From Raillietiella orientalis (taxonomy: Eukaryota), in the NCBI GenBank assembly GCA_036172245.1, contig JAYWIR010000004.1, positions 868,001 to 932,000 of the forward strand: 64,000 nt of DNA. Reading direction: 5' to 3'. Both the position numbers and the translations under genes were made by a program. The notes below the pieces were generated by a model. The model made no database searches. It saw only the letters and a list, made by a program, of their open reading frames with translations, and was not told the origin of the DNA. Shown here piece by piece: positions 38,624 to 52,037 of the stretch. How positions within the stretch are numbered: the stretch's first letter is position 1; every line of letters begins with the position of its first letter.

Positions 38624-40849
38624 GTGAGTAGCTCTTTCTGTTCGCATCGTTCCCCTGTGGCTGACGTGGATTTCTCCTACCCCCTCCTCCCGCTCCGTGC
38701 CAGTTTCCAGAAACGGATGCGCGGATAAAATGGAACATTCGCGTTTCTCTCATGTTCATCGGAAGAACTGTATCACCGGGCGCGCATCGGTTCCGTCTTC
38801 CGGAGCGTCGGTCCAGAGTCGCATCCTCGAATCACGCTCCTGAAGCCTCGTTGCCATGTTCTTGCAATCAACTCAAGCTCGTTTGCATAATCTTATAACG
38901 GAACCCGTATTGTAACCACGCCATTCTCCTGCTCCAAGCTGGGAAACGGCCTCTTCGCAGACAAAAACTCTTCATGAAACGGAGACCACGGCTCCGTTTG
39001 GCGCGCTCTGGCAACGGATCAGCGGTAAGTCCAAGGAACCTTCGATGTGGCTGCCGGAAGAAGACTTTTGGTGGAACAGACATGACTTGCTTTGCCCTTC
39101 ACGGAGGAAGAAGCTGAGAAGGATCCTGTTATCTTAATCGTTCGAGCTGCTCCTATCACGAATAGATAGCGTTCCCTTAACCGATATCCGACGCCCAAAG
39201 TATTTTCGTTCGTTGATTTTTGAAGTGCTCTTTTAAACGTCGATTGCCTGAAGGATGTCTCGAAGCCGACGTGCGCAGGAGGAATGCTTGCCATTAGAAT
39301 GGCCATGATAAAAGTTAAATGATTTAGCAAGACTCAGAGAGAGCATTTTTCTTCACAAATGATGCATGATTTATCAGGAACTCACGGGCAGAGCACAAGT
39401 TCTTGATGATGTGCATCTCACCAGCGTGTTGCCTTCTCTGTGCAGCATCAGAAGGGTTCTGCATTACAGGGGAGTCCCCTTGGACCTTTGCTAAGTGCAC
39501 GATAGACGGTGGCTGCGAAGTTGAAATGTGCTTTTAATCCTAACAGAGGGCAAGCGCAACCTTAGAGATTTCAGGACATACATCAGGATGTCCTTCTAGC
39601 TTTGTCAAAAACATGCAGATTAAAAATAAATATCCAGAAAATAATATAAGTTCTGGAGGTAGAGCAGCAGAAACACACGCGCACACGTACGCATAAAAAA
39701 AACAAAAAAAATCCTCATAGGCTTCTTTTTTTTTTCCTTACAAAGTTTTCTTCGGTGATTGACGGAATTGGATCAATTTTTCAGAATTGCATGATGCCAA
39801 TTCTTCTTGACATTGCTCTAGGATCTACCTTGAGAGGAAGACATATCAGTGTCTTCACTTGATGTATGGAGAATTCCGTGTAGGTTTATCTCGATTCATC
39901 AGTAGAAATTCAGTGAAATTTTGGAAAACGAGATCTGGAAGACTAAGCATCCATATAAGGGTATCGTAAGTTCTAATAGAGCGCACAGCTTGCGACTGAA
40001 GAGAGGAGGAGTGCGTAATCTGTGAAAAAAATGAAGACTGAAAATAGCATCAGCATTAGGTGGGGGACTTCGATACGGCTCTTGCGGGGAGACTTCAAAA
40101 ATGTGCTCGAACGGGAAGGAACAGGGAAGACCGAAGATTCACTGTCGCCATTGCCGAGACGCAATCCACCGTCCGAGCGCAAGTCACTCGCATGTCTTCA
40201 GCTGACCCTTAAGCGTCGGCTTCGCGCGAGTGCATGAGCATGCCTTCAGTCTGCGTGTGGTGTTGTGTGCGGAGTGTTCGTACTGTGTACAAAGCCAAGT
40301 AATGAAAGTCAGAATCGTGGAGATGAGATCGCGGTTGGCACCCGTCGCAGAAGTGTACTTCAGAAGTGTAAAAATAAAGCAAGCCGTGTTTTTTCTTTTT
40401 TTTTTTTAAAAAAAAAAAAAAGCAGGACACTGGATCCTGCGCAAGTCCAGGGGTCTAGGTGGGTCCCCGAATCGCAGGACGGCTGTTATAGAGGCGAGCA
40501 GCGGAGTCGGGGAGAGGACATTCACAAAAAAGAATTGCTCAAGGGCATACTGGAGCCTGCAACGTCTGCATTTATAAGAATGAACTTACACACGTCCGTG
40601 GGACTTCAGGTCTCACACGTGATGAACGATTCTTCAAAGGAGTGCTGACGAGGTCCGAAACGGGAACGGAGGAGTACGGGAAAGAAGCAAAAAAACAACC
40701 GAAAACAAAATAAACAGCGATGTCTGAGAGATGAGGAGAGAAGGAAGAGAAGGGATCACGATCCGCTTCGTTGGTTCCTGTGCATCCTATCCAGAATGCC
40801 CGAGAGTTTCCCCCTCCTTCCTTCCCCCTCATGCTCTTCCAGGTGGGTC

Positions 40850-42600
40850 CACCTCAACTCAGGAGCCGGGTTGCAGGGAGGATGGTCCCCTCGTCATGTC
40901 TTCCTCTCTCGGCCTCGTACCTTGCAGTGGCGTCAGAGCAGACAGAGAAGCGCGCGGCGACCGCGGTAGTCGGTGGAGACCTCAGTAGGCTCGAGCTGCA
41001 TGCACGCTTAGCTCTGCACTTCCCTTCAGAAAGGACTGATAGGATTCTCCAAATGAGTGAGCTGAAAATTAGCACAGATAATGGGCAGAAAATGAGTTTC
41101 CAAGGAGAGGAGAGTATGCAAGATTACGACCGTTCCAGCAAATGGAGCCGTGGAGCTTTCATCGCAAGCGATTCGGCGGGGGGGAAGGAAATGCGTCGTG
41201 GATGGCTGTACGGATCTCCGAGCAGAGCCAGTGACGGCGCGGGTGCCAGAAAGATTTCGAGCACTTTCGACTCCACCTCGTGATGGCGCTGCACTTTGCG
41301 TTCAAGAAGTGGAATCGAGAAACCGTTTCTCGGGAACCCGCCCTGGATGAAGTGGGATCCACAGCGTGGTTTTCCCAAAGAAACACCTCCCGGCTTGCGT
41401 GGAACACTCGACTGCACTCAAAAACCCTTGTTGCTGATCCTTCCGACAGAACTGACAAAGTGTTTCAAAGAAGCCATGGAAGTATTTTGAACCCCTGAAT
41501 TTTTTGAGGAAGTCCCTTTCCCCGTGACAAATTCGTTCCACCTTTCCTATGCCTGTGAAAGAACGCATCGTTACCTTGAACACAGTACGAGTTCGAGGTG
41601 TTTCTCGATGTGAATTCTCAATCGTGTCAATGTTTTCCTTGAAGAATTTCTGGTAGCACCTGTGGGAGCATCCCTTGGTCGAGAGGTGAAATCGATATGC
41701 TGACTCACTTCGATGAAGGCAGCAACCAATGGATCAGTGCAGTCGAACACGTTTGGGACTTGAGGTTTCAGTAGCACGTAGTGCAGACGCAGACTCACAG
41801 AGCATGGCAACCTCTCTCGCCGTGATGAGAAAGGTGCAGTGAATGCACTTGCACCTCGGGAAAGAGCCGCGAGCTGCAGCCGCCGTGCTCCTGAGCAGTC
41901 CCACCTCGGACCTGCCCTCGCTCACATAAATCATGTGAGGATCTGACGCCAAGCTGACGCTTGTGAGGCAGGCGCGTAAGCGAAGTGCATGCGACCCGGG
42001 TCCGCGAGACTTGAAAAGGGCCGGAGCTATTGGCCCGGTCGTTCCAGACGCGCAGGACGCCCGGGAAGTGTTCCGAGACATACCGCGGATCCCTACCGGG
42101 GGATCGTAAGCGAAAGATCTCCAAGAAGGGAACGAACCGTGAGAATGGAGTACCATCCGGCTGCCGGTGCCTGCAGAGCCAGTGAGCTCCCTGGTCACTT
42201 CTGAAGCGATCCTGCCGGAAAAGGGAAGCTAGGATATTCCTGATATGACCGCGTGCTGCCCATCGCAGCACTCCAAACCCCCCTTTGTTTGAGGTTTGGA
42301 GCTGGTTCACATGCAGAAAGGCCTGAGATTTGCAATGAGATTTGCTCCTAGGTTCAGGGCAGCTTAGGAGATATGACAGTCTTTCCAAATGTCGCTGGCA
42401 ATTTCGTATGGTACACTCTGTTTAAAAGATTCGGGATTGCGCGGATAAATGCGGCAGGGCACAGTTTCAACGCTTCCCCTAGCCTCTTCAGCTTCTTCGA
42501 AGTCTTTCACCCTCTCCCCGGGATGCCGGAACTTTAGTTGAAACAAACATAAACATACAAAGTAGAACGCAGTCAAAGGTTAAGAGTTGCAGTTCGGTAT
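40850..42600 (-). mobile_element. Decayed hAT (Buster/Charlie-like) transposase remnant (intron 2)
   Basis: Ordered motifs: KFRHP, SVPYEIASDIWK (SYxxAxxIAK), FPRCKCIHC...RE (THCxxHRE), FTSRP, GKVERI...DFL, and the C-terminal dimerisation-like AKRA...LLRSPPTTAVAARFS...RY...LS. Confidence 0.62.
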
Positions 42601-45600
42601 CACGAAAGAAAGCCGCGTACACAGGACGTGGGAGATGAGAATAAATAAAAAAACTGGAAAGCAAACTTGTCCAGAATGCATTTACAAATACCGAGAAAAA
42701 AAAGGGATTGCCGGGTGACGACCGAATCGCACCTCAATGCGGGGAAAAAACGGTCACCGAACAACTGACTCCCGGAGCTCCTTTCCCACGTCTTGCTTAC
42801 GATGCTTGCGGCGTCCTCCCTTATTCCCGACAAGAGATGAGGTCATCTTGCTATGCTCATCTTTATCGTGAAGGGGATGAGATGGATGGCCGTCCTTCTA
42901 TGCTGCTGAGAAGATGAAGACTGCTGGTTCATCCAGAAGGATGCCAAGTGCGCCTGCCTGTCAGAGCACTCTTTGGACGCCAACACTTGGGTGTCGCGGC
43001 GCCCGCAAAGTTCTCGCGCTGACCAGTACCATATAGGTTACTTTACTACAGTAAATTTATAGTACTTATAGGTTTACTGCTATGCCTCGGGAAACTTCCC
43101 ACGTGGCCGATTGACTGCTGTGGTCACTCTCTCATAGGGTGAACAGAGTTTCGGATAGGCAGGTTGCGGTGGTACACGTGTTCTCTTCACGTTTCATCCT
43201 TGTTTCGAAAGTGGTTTAAGCCCGAGGCGTTTATTCAAAGTAAACTTGCATTCACATACCCTCGGGTCATTATTCAGGGAACGCTGCAAATAGAACGACA
43301 CGCAAGTCTGTGGCTGAGAAAAAACGACGCGCCCAGTATGGGAGAGTTAAGGAAGCGATGGGAGAATAAAAATGAATAAAAAGATGATGTTATAGGAAAT
43401 ACCAGAACATCGCAAACATCTGTAGTCTCCGACATATAGGGGATATAGGGCTACCTGGTTCTTGGTGAAGGGCTGCTAAGCAACAAGTAGTGCTGTTCCC
43501 TGTCGAGGTGAGGGCTTTGTCAAGGAGATTCGAATTCTGCATTCAACCCTTCGATTTCCATCCCCGACCCTTCCATATAGGGCGTTGCCTTTCACTCATG
43601 TAAGGTCCGTTTGCTTGGATCCTGGCATCCGGTAGGGTCTCAGACTTGACTGTCTCCTGGAGACTCCATGACGCGGGTCTGCGCGCTCGGGGGCTCTTGG
43701 TGCGATGAATCCGAGCCGACCACCAAGCAGTCAAAGGCATCGCTTGGAACGCAGCAGGGCAAAAAAGAGCTTCGGATCGCCTCATCGCTGAGGCGATCGA
43801 AGGAGACATCCTTCCCGCGCGCGTCTCCAGGGCGTCGAGAGTTTCTCCGACCGACCGCTCCAGGAATGATCTGTGCCGAAGCGTCAGCCAGTGGCCTGGT
43901 CGATATCTCAATTCCACACGTGCCTTTCCCGTCAATCCCGAGGGCACTCCCCGCGTTGACCTGCACGCATTCGCCACTGAGCGGCGGACACCACGCACAC
44001 CTCGTTCGTGACAGGCGGACCGCTACCATCCGGCTTAATTGGCAAGATTCCCTGAATTCCAGAGCATTCGTGATTATCCGCATCAAAAACGAAAGTGTGT
44101 GTTTTCCTCTTGGCACGCAAGGAGCAGATCATACAGGGAGGAAAGAAGGATTTTGAGAGAAAATGAGACAGAACTGGCGGCAGCAGCCAGACGACCTGCG
44201 TAGTCGTTGCCTGGACGCGAGGTTTTCGGCCCGCAGGCAAGCACCAGCGATTGCACCGGGAACACGGTGTGTGCTGCGTGAGAAGGATTCGGCCTCGGAG
44301 AAACACAGGGATCGCAGCGAGCAGGAGCAAATAGAAAGCGTACCGTTCGCTCGACAATCCTTCGCTTCTGGCAGTGGTGAATGGCTCCCGTGCAGTGAGA
44401 ACAGGAGACGGGGAGGGAGAGAAAGAAAAATGCTCCCAGGAACGTCACGTTTCCGAACCTCTGCTACCCTCATCTCAAACCCAGGAGCCGTCCAACCTGG
44501 AGAACTCCATTTTTTATTGCAGTTCGCTCACATGGATATTTTTGTCGTTTTGGAGCACTCGGGAGAGGAAGGGAGAGAGAGGATTCGAGAACGTGGTGGA
44601 ACTGGGAGCAGTTTTCTCCTCAAGACTTGAAAATTGACCAAGCGAAAATTGGAAGCGGGGGAGGGGAAGGGAATATTTTCTATCTTTCGAGTGTGTCACG
44701 GGCTTTTTGGCGTCCCGGTGTATCCGGAAGTTTCCCGGTCGCAGGACGTCGACTTCCCGAGCAGACGGTGCTGGTTTGGAAAGAGTCTTGGAGTGATCCG
44801 GCCAAGCGTGAGGATAGGACTCAGGCTGTCACTGTGCTGACCTTGGGAGGAAAAAAAAGTTTTTATGAAGCTCCCGGTTAGGTCGGATGCACGCGCAACC
44901 TTCCCAGGACCATACAACTTCGTAGCAGCAGCTCGATCTCTAGCGAAAAATCCAGTAACGAATGGGAGAGTTTGCATTCCATTTCGATCCCTACCTACGC
45001 CCTTCTCAACGAGTTCTTTGCAATCTTGCCAGCAGGAGCTGCCGATTCTCTCTCCAACGAGCCGCGCGTGCACCTAAAGGAGCAAGGTGTAGCCGTCCCC
45101 TTGACAACGGGAAGGGGTATTCTTGGCGGAACTGCTGTTCGTCACGACTCCCCATATAATGAACAGAGGAGCCACCTGCCTCCGGTGTGATCTCAACAAC
45201 TCCAAGGAGCAAGGGAGAGCTTCGACCTTCTGAGAAGGATGGAATTTTTCGGGGAATTCGCTTTTCGATAGCTGAGGGGAAACAGTTCTCAAAAATGCTG
45301 GGAGACTTTTCCTCGGCACCCTTGGCTTGTACTGGTCAGCTCCATTCAAGACTATGACACTGCAGACAAAGATCGATTTCACTCTCTCCAGTGCAGATCA
45401 CTGCCCCTCCCACAGCTCCCTTCCTCCATCATCAAGCAGTGCACTTCAACAAAGTAATCGAAGGTCCAGTTAAACAGAGATCAGGAGACAGCATCACTCC
45501 CACTCGAACATCCTCAGCGGGGATGCACTCTCGTATTCTGTGCCGGCGCGCAGCTTCCACTGCGCGCTCTTGCATAAAAGTGTAGCTGCACGGATTCAGC

Positions 45601-46643
45601 CGAGGCTGCGAAGCAGCACAGGGAGGAGGATCCGCAGAAATACCGCCGCTACCTGCCAGCAGCAACTGACGGAGCGCACTCAGAAGAAGCGGTCCTTGGG
45701 CGAGCGAGTCCAACCTGAGCAAGTGAGGTCAGAGTGTGCCCAAGGATCTTTCCGCTCGAGCGCTATGACCGCCGCGTTTTGTGGTGGCAAGCGGCCTCCT
45801 TGGCGGAAGACAATGTGTCTGCGGTGCATGGCCCTCCTTCAGGGAAGACTCAAGGAGTGCGCAGAGACGCCTATCCTGCGACGGGGTGATGCAAACGCAG
45901 ATCTCTGAATTTAGCTTCTCTGACTGATTCTGATTCTTTCCTGTCTTGAAACACTTAGTCGCAGCGTTCCTCCTCGCGTGCGCACGCGACCTTCCCATTC
46001 CTGATGCCAAGAACGGGGAGCAGCTTTCTCGCTACCTTCTTTCCCTGCCCTGCTTTTCCTGCTGTCCTCCAAACGGGGGAAGCGGACACAACCGCTGGGT
46101 CTCCTGTATCTTCCTGAGCGACACCTATGACCAGATCTGAAACGGGAGCAAACATGAAAGAGCAGCGTCTGCCTGACTATCGGCAAAACAGGAATGTTCC
46201 TCTTCGTAAGCCACAGAGACCTGCCTTGGGGGATGAAAGCTGGAGCAAACCGAGAAAAACAGAAGGCCCGAGGATGAACAAGAGATTGGTCACTTTTGTT
46301 CTGACTGTCGCAGTTGCCAAAGGCAACCAAGTCAATGAGACCCGTGAATCCACCGGTTAAGCGGCGAGCTCCGGGACCATTCTTTCCAAGACCACAACCC
46401 TGCAGATTACCAGGATACCTATCTACAAATCCCATGCCACTCCGAGAGGAACAGGTCGCAGTTCCAAGCGACATGACTGACTTAGACTGATGAAGCTTGC
46501 TCCTGACGCACAAGAAACATTTACGGAAGAATCTGCGAGCGGCAAAACTCCCCAAAAGGGACGTCCGGGTGCCCGGGAGCTCGGCAAGGAAGCTCTTTGG
46601 AGTGCAGCAGCATTTGAGAAGAGAGGAGCAGCTGTAAGAGAAA

Positions 46644-46684
46644 CACTGAGGGATTACTTGAACTTTTCAAGTAATCCCTCAGTG
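46644..46684. repeat. Perfect 19-bp inverted repeat with 3-nt loop
   Basis: CACTGAGGGATTACTTGAA-CTT-TTCAAGTAATCCCTCAGTG. Confidence 0.97.
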
Positions 46685-47791
46685 CGGGAAATGAAGGAAG
46701 GTTTACAAGCATTTTCGAGATTGACCACCTGAATCTGTGACGCTCCCGATTACCACACCTGCTTGGCCCTCTCCCGCGCTTCCTCCCTTCTGAGGTTCCC
46801 TCACCCCTAGGGGACAGCTCGAGCTTGTTCCTGAACCAAGCGGTAACCGCAGACAGTTCGACGATTCGCGTATCTGAGCAGGAGGCGAAATTCTCACGCC
46901 AACTGGAGAATCTGTTATCCTGGTGACCCCATTCCTGGGAAGAAAGCGGGATCCAGGACGCCAAATTTCCTCCTAGGGGCGCTTAGATGCACCCGCACTT
47001 GGTTCACCTCTGCGCATCCCATCTGGAAATCAAAGATCACAGAAGGCAAAAGGTGCAATGAATTTTTCCAGGGCTTCTGAAGTACAGGTGCGGATTTTCT
47101 GTGGAGATAATCCTTCAAAGACAGACGCGAATGTAACGGCATCACTACGCAAGCCGCGAGAGCGCACACAGGCACACTGCACCGCCGTCACTTAAGATCA
47201 TCGAAGTACTCGGAAGAGTTACTTGATAATAAAGTGAGGGTGCGGACCAAATTCTTCCTCTTGGAGACCACTTGGGGATTCCTAAGATCGCCGCACAAGA
47301 GCCCATGGTGTCCCCGCTTCGTCTTTATCTGTCGGAGATCTCAGTCCTTCCGGTCTCTGCTTCCACCTGTCGAGGGACTCCTTCAGCATATTCTGTGGTC
47401 CAAGCAGGCACTCACGGGCGTTCTGGAAAAAGGACTTGGAGATCGCGATCCACGCTGCTCGGCAGTCTAGGCTATCTGACCGTCTTTCCCGACTTCGATC
47501 TCCCTTTCCCCTCATTTCTTAGGCAATCCGAGCCGACACGCATGCTTTCCCTTGGAGGTCTCTGACTTGCCACCTTTTGACATCTCAAACGGTGCCTCAC
47601 ACCTGTTGCCTCCTCCTCTGCTGGATCCCTTCTGCCGAACATCGACTAAGGCCATCTGAGATCTCAACTCCCTTCGAACTACCAGCACCGCGTCTGCAGA
47701 GCGATAGGCAAGCGCTTTCCCGGGTCGCGAGAGCGATGTCGCGGTTGCTTGGAGGGGAGGGGCGCGGGAAGTGAGGAGGTCGCCGCTTGCG

Positions 47792-48830
47792 TCGTTTCCC
47801 GGAAACCATGCGTCGCCTTCAGCAGTGCTAGCCTCTCAAATCCCGATGAAGAAAAGGAGAATCCAAGTCCTACTTTCTTCATTAAGCACGTCGTTGTCAA
47901 GGGGATCCTGGGAAGCCCTCGTCGCTGAGGATGCGTCAGCGACGCGGTCCACCGAAGGCGCAAACCGGAGACCGGGATTTCGCGCTGGGAAAGACTACAG
48001 AGACTGATTCTGCTACACCCGGTCGGAAATTCGGCCTTTTTGGAACTCCCCCTTCCTGTCTTCACTGGAACCATACTGGTATCTCCTGCTGGTTTCTCCT
48101 GCACCTCCGTCGCGAGACGCGTTCTGGCGAAGAAATGGCGACGCGCTTCGGTTTCCACTTCCTCCGCGAGAGTCTCGCGCCACTCAGCAGCTTTCGACTT
48201 GGAGGAAAGCGCCCTAAGAGCCGATTAAAGAACTATCCGGAGCCTTCTTTGAGCATCATCCATTTCCCTTTTCGCCAAGGTAGACAAGAATGACCTTGGA
48301 AAAGTCGAGACCCCCACTGAGGTTTCGCCTCCTCATGTGAACAGGGGACGACCACACTTTCTATACCAACAAGCGGATCAAGGAGGTCACTCGTGGGGAA
48401 ACGGCCTTTCTCTTGGAGGAGGAAAACCTCCCCCCATCCCTGCAGTGGAACGACATCGAAGAGTTTTAGAGAAAAATCCCGAGTGCTGGTTTTGTGGGAG
48501 GACTCTGGGCACGTTGCCTTCTCCCTAAGTCGCTCCTTTTGTAAACATGAACCATCTGTCAGCTTTCCTCTCGTTCCTTGAACTTTAGCTTTAGCTTTGC
48601 TTAGACACGATGCTCCAAAGGTTCCTTTGCAATTTTCATTCCTTTTTTCCCTTTTGCTATCTTGTCTGCTCCTCCAGTTTTCCTTTCTTAAATGGCGCTT
48701 CTCATGCAGTCACCGACTGCGCCGCGACATGGTGAGAGTCGTAAAGCGTGCACTATCCATTCGTTTCCCGGAAACCGTGCGTCGCCTTCCGCGGTGCTAG
48801 CCTCTCAAATCCCGATGGAGAAAAGGAGAA
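47792..48830 (+). repeat. 70-bp direct repeat pair (47792-47861 and 48761-48830)
   Basis: tcgtttcccggaaacc(a/g)tgcgtcgccttc...ctagcctctcaaatcccgatg(a/g)agaaaaggagaa, with 4 mismatches by my count. Confidence 0.92.
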
Positions 48831-50635
48831 GAGTCGGAGGAAAAGGAGTCCGGGACGGCGGGTCTAGAAGAACGCACAGTGACCTCAGAAAACGCTCAAG
48901 CGGTGATCCTGTTCGCAACCTCTCCACTTCCCGTTGAATATCCTGGAGCCTTCCTGGGAGCCTGTCGCATCCGCGGAGCTCTTTCTCCTCCCCAAGAGCC
49001 ATCTGCCGCCTCTCGAGCCTGCTGACGTCGAGCGGACTTGGCATGACCGGAGTGGAAACTACTAAGGGTTCCCACGGAAACGGGAGGCGTGCTCTCCAAG
49101 CTGCTGGCATGCTTTATCGATTCTTCCGATGAGGCAGCCTCTGTCAAAGGAGCTTTCTTTGGAAAAAATCTCCTCGTGAAGCACTTTGGGTGCAGCAGAG
49201 AACAGGGAACCTCGAACAGCTTCTATAATTAGGTTCTTTGCTCGCAGCTTCCATCCAGATATCTCTTTGATCTGAGAGCATCTGTGTCGAATGACTTGGG
49301 ATGGAAGGTTCCCCTTGCTGCCCATCGGTTGCTTTCACCTCTCCGCGACACACGTAGGTACCTTGAATAACTTGCTGACAGAATAAGAATGAGGAAACGC
49401 TGCAAGAGGGGCTCGTCCGGACACAAAGTTCCTGCAAAAGCCAGGGGAGATCGGAGAAAGAGTGCACGAGGCATCTTTGACTTTCAGCAGATAGATTATC
49501 TTTCTCTTGAATAGGCGCCCCATCCCACCTTACGTTTTGGCGAAGGTGCGCACTCTTTGCCAAAAGAGCAGGAAGCACATGGCTCCGGGAGCCGATTATT
49601 TACTCAGATCCTCGAGGAAACGGGAGACGAAATGCTATCGATTGGTTCCATGGTGACGAACGAAGGAGTCTCCGAATTGCAGATGCCAGGGTTCTGGAGG
49701 ACGGGCTCCATCGGGCGCTCTCGGGCTGAAGCCGATCAAGGTCAACACCTGAATAGCTGAATAATGAGGGCGACAGGAATTCAGCGGCAAGCACTGCCCT
49801 GCGGGAAGTCGACCGGTTTGCGAACGAAGACGCACGCAACCGGCTACTCCGACCGGAAGGCAATCTTCAACCTACCGGAGATGAAACGCTGTCCAGGTTT
49901 ATTTGAGCTCGATACCTACCGTCATCTAGGAACTGGAACTGAGAATGCCTAACCTGGTCAGGTCTTCCAAGTGGTCCTGTTCTCCGGGAGGTGCCGACTT
50001 TGAACATTTCTATCAACTCCATCGGCATCTGGAAAAGGAAACGTCGGGCTCGGCTTACGAGTTCTCGGGAGGAGAACCGTCTCCAGCCATCTCACCGGAA
50101 GTGCCGTCGCATTCAACATTCACGCAACAGAAAATCACTCACATTCTCGATGTCGCTCTTGGAAGAGCAAAGCGCGAGCATTCTTTCCGGTCCACATTTC
50201 TGGTTTCTTCAAGTAGTGTAAAAGGTTTTGTTTTTCTATGCAAAGAAGAAGCAACCAAAGGTGCAAGAGTCGGATAGCGAGCTTCTTGTCTCAAACGAGC
50301 TGGTCTTTAAGCGCTTCTTCATCTGATGACTTTTGCCTTAGCCTGTGAGTTTTCATCCCTTTTGCCCGAAGCTATGGTGGGTGCATGCGTAACGCGGCTC
50401 AAAGGTGAGCAGCAACCGAACGCTCCCGGTTTCCGACGAACGACAGAGATGGAACGATGGATTTTCGAATTCCAATGGACATTCATTTTCCAAGAACCAA
50501 CACATCTTCCCGAAAATAAAATGCATCTGGGTCGAGGACCTCCCGAAATCACTCGGAAAATCGAAATACAATGACAGTAGCTAATCGTAGTCATCTGCAG
50601 CTCGCGAGCCATCTGCAACTGTGCAGGCGTGTGGA

Positions 50636-52037
50636 ACATGCAGACCCCGAAGAGAACAGCTCATCGGAACGCAGGAGCCACAGTGCTCTGAACGTTAGTA
50701 TTTGTGTGTTTTGTGTGGCCCTTTCATGATACCGCGAGTCAAACCAGACTGGTGGACCCAACTCTTGAGCAGGTCTTGCCATTGGCGCTAAGCAGCTCCT
50801 TTTCCGAGAATATAGGGATGGTGCGTTCTGGAGAATGATTCTAGGGAAGTAATGATAGTGCTCTTCATGACACGAAAGGGAAGAGAATTCCATGACAGCA
50901 ACTCTTCATGCGCTTACGCTAAGAGGTGAAGCAGCGTTCCCAGTTTGATTCGAAAAGGGAGCTTGATTGGTGGTCACTTGCAAGCGTGTCGCAAGCATCA
51001 CACAGCAGGGGTACACGACTTTCCATTTCCTAGGAAATCTTCTCTTCTAGATGGAGGGGGAAAGGAGGGCATTAAACGTTCGCGGTCCTCCTGCAGTACT
51101 CCGTCCCATCCTTCTTGCTCTTGCGGCGGTCAGTTTCCTTGAAAACTCTCGGACTCTTGAGACTGAGACGGGGCTGCTGGGACCATTCCACTTTTGATCA
51201 TTGCCCGCTGATTGTTCCAGAGCGCCAATAGCGATTTCCGACTTTCATTCCCGATTTCCCTCTCATAATGTGTTGTTGTCTTTTCTGTTGTTCTTGCGAA
51301 CGTCACAGCTGAGTTGTAAACCCTATCCCTATTCGACTCTTGGGGAGAAAAAAAAGGAATAGGAGAGGAAAAGCGGAAAGAGGGAGTCTCATGCTGGAGA
51401 AAGGCGAGAAGAGCCACCTCCCGAAGCAAGTTCGAGCCACTCCGCAAAGTTCGAAGTTGTTGTTTTTCATCTCTGGTAGTCGGAGCGTTCCTTCAACAGT
51501 AGGAGTTGGTGAGACGGAAACCCTAATAGTCCTTCGACAAAGGTGCACGAATTCCCTGCTGAAAAAAAGGAGCAGAACAGCATCAGAATCCATCAGTGAA
51601 TCCTCGTATTGTTCCTTCTCGCTCATGCTCCCTCCATCTTCAGGAGCGGCTCAAAGAGCAATCAGGAACTTTCCACGGAACTCCTGAATAGGAGGGCGTA
51701 ACAGGCGAGAGTTGAGGGTTGACAGTCTGGCTGCTCATCTGACAGAGTCGAAGATGTCCGTGCATAGCCATTTTCTCTGATTGAATGCCACCATTTTGCT
51801 AGACACATTTCTAAAATAACTCATTCGTAAGATCAACGCTGCCGGATCACGAGGCCGGGCAACTAAAAAGATCAAAAAAAAGCAGGGAATCCTCATGAGA
51901 CATGCTGCCAGAACCGAAGAGAACGGCTCATCGGAACGCAGGAGCTGCAATGCTCCGAACTTCAGTGTTTGTGTGCTTTGTGTGACCCTTTCAAGATACC
52001 GCGAGTCAAATCGGACCGGTAGACCCAACTCTTGAGC
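50636..52037 (+). repeat. ~135-bp diverged direct repeat pair (50636-50770 and 51900-52037)
   Basis: Both copies share ccgaagagaac-gctcatcggaacgcaggagc...gataccgcgagtcaaa...gacccaactcttgagc. Confidence 0.9.

Larger units (their letters stand above)
44850..50250 (-). mobile_element. Decayed BEL/Pao pol remnant (RT, RNase H, integrase, DUF5641-like end)
   Basis: From high to low coordinate: SDIEN, QMPMEL, FQFLDD, LLAK...VRWDG, VSRLER, LLGPQNMLKESLDRW (WxGPxWL), RRFFRKCFLCVR (integrase CxxC), GFTGLID, TKLYGPGKVAR. Confidence 0.55.

Noticed and set aside
42992..43434. Solo LTR candidate (TGTCG...CGACA with AATAAA near the 3' end)
   Set aside because: The flanks (TTGGG vs TATAG) give no target-site duplication and there is no second copy in the window.
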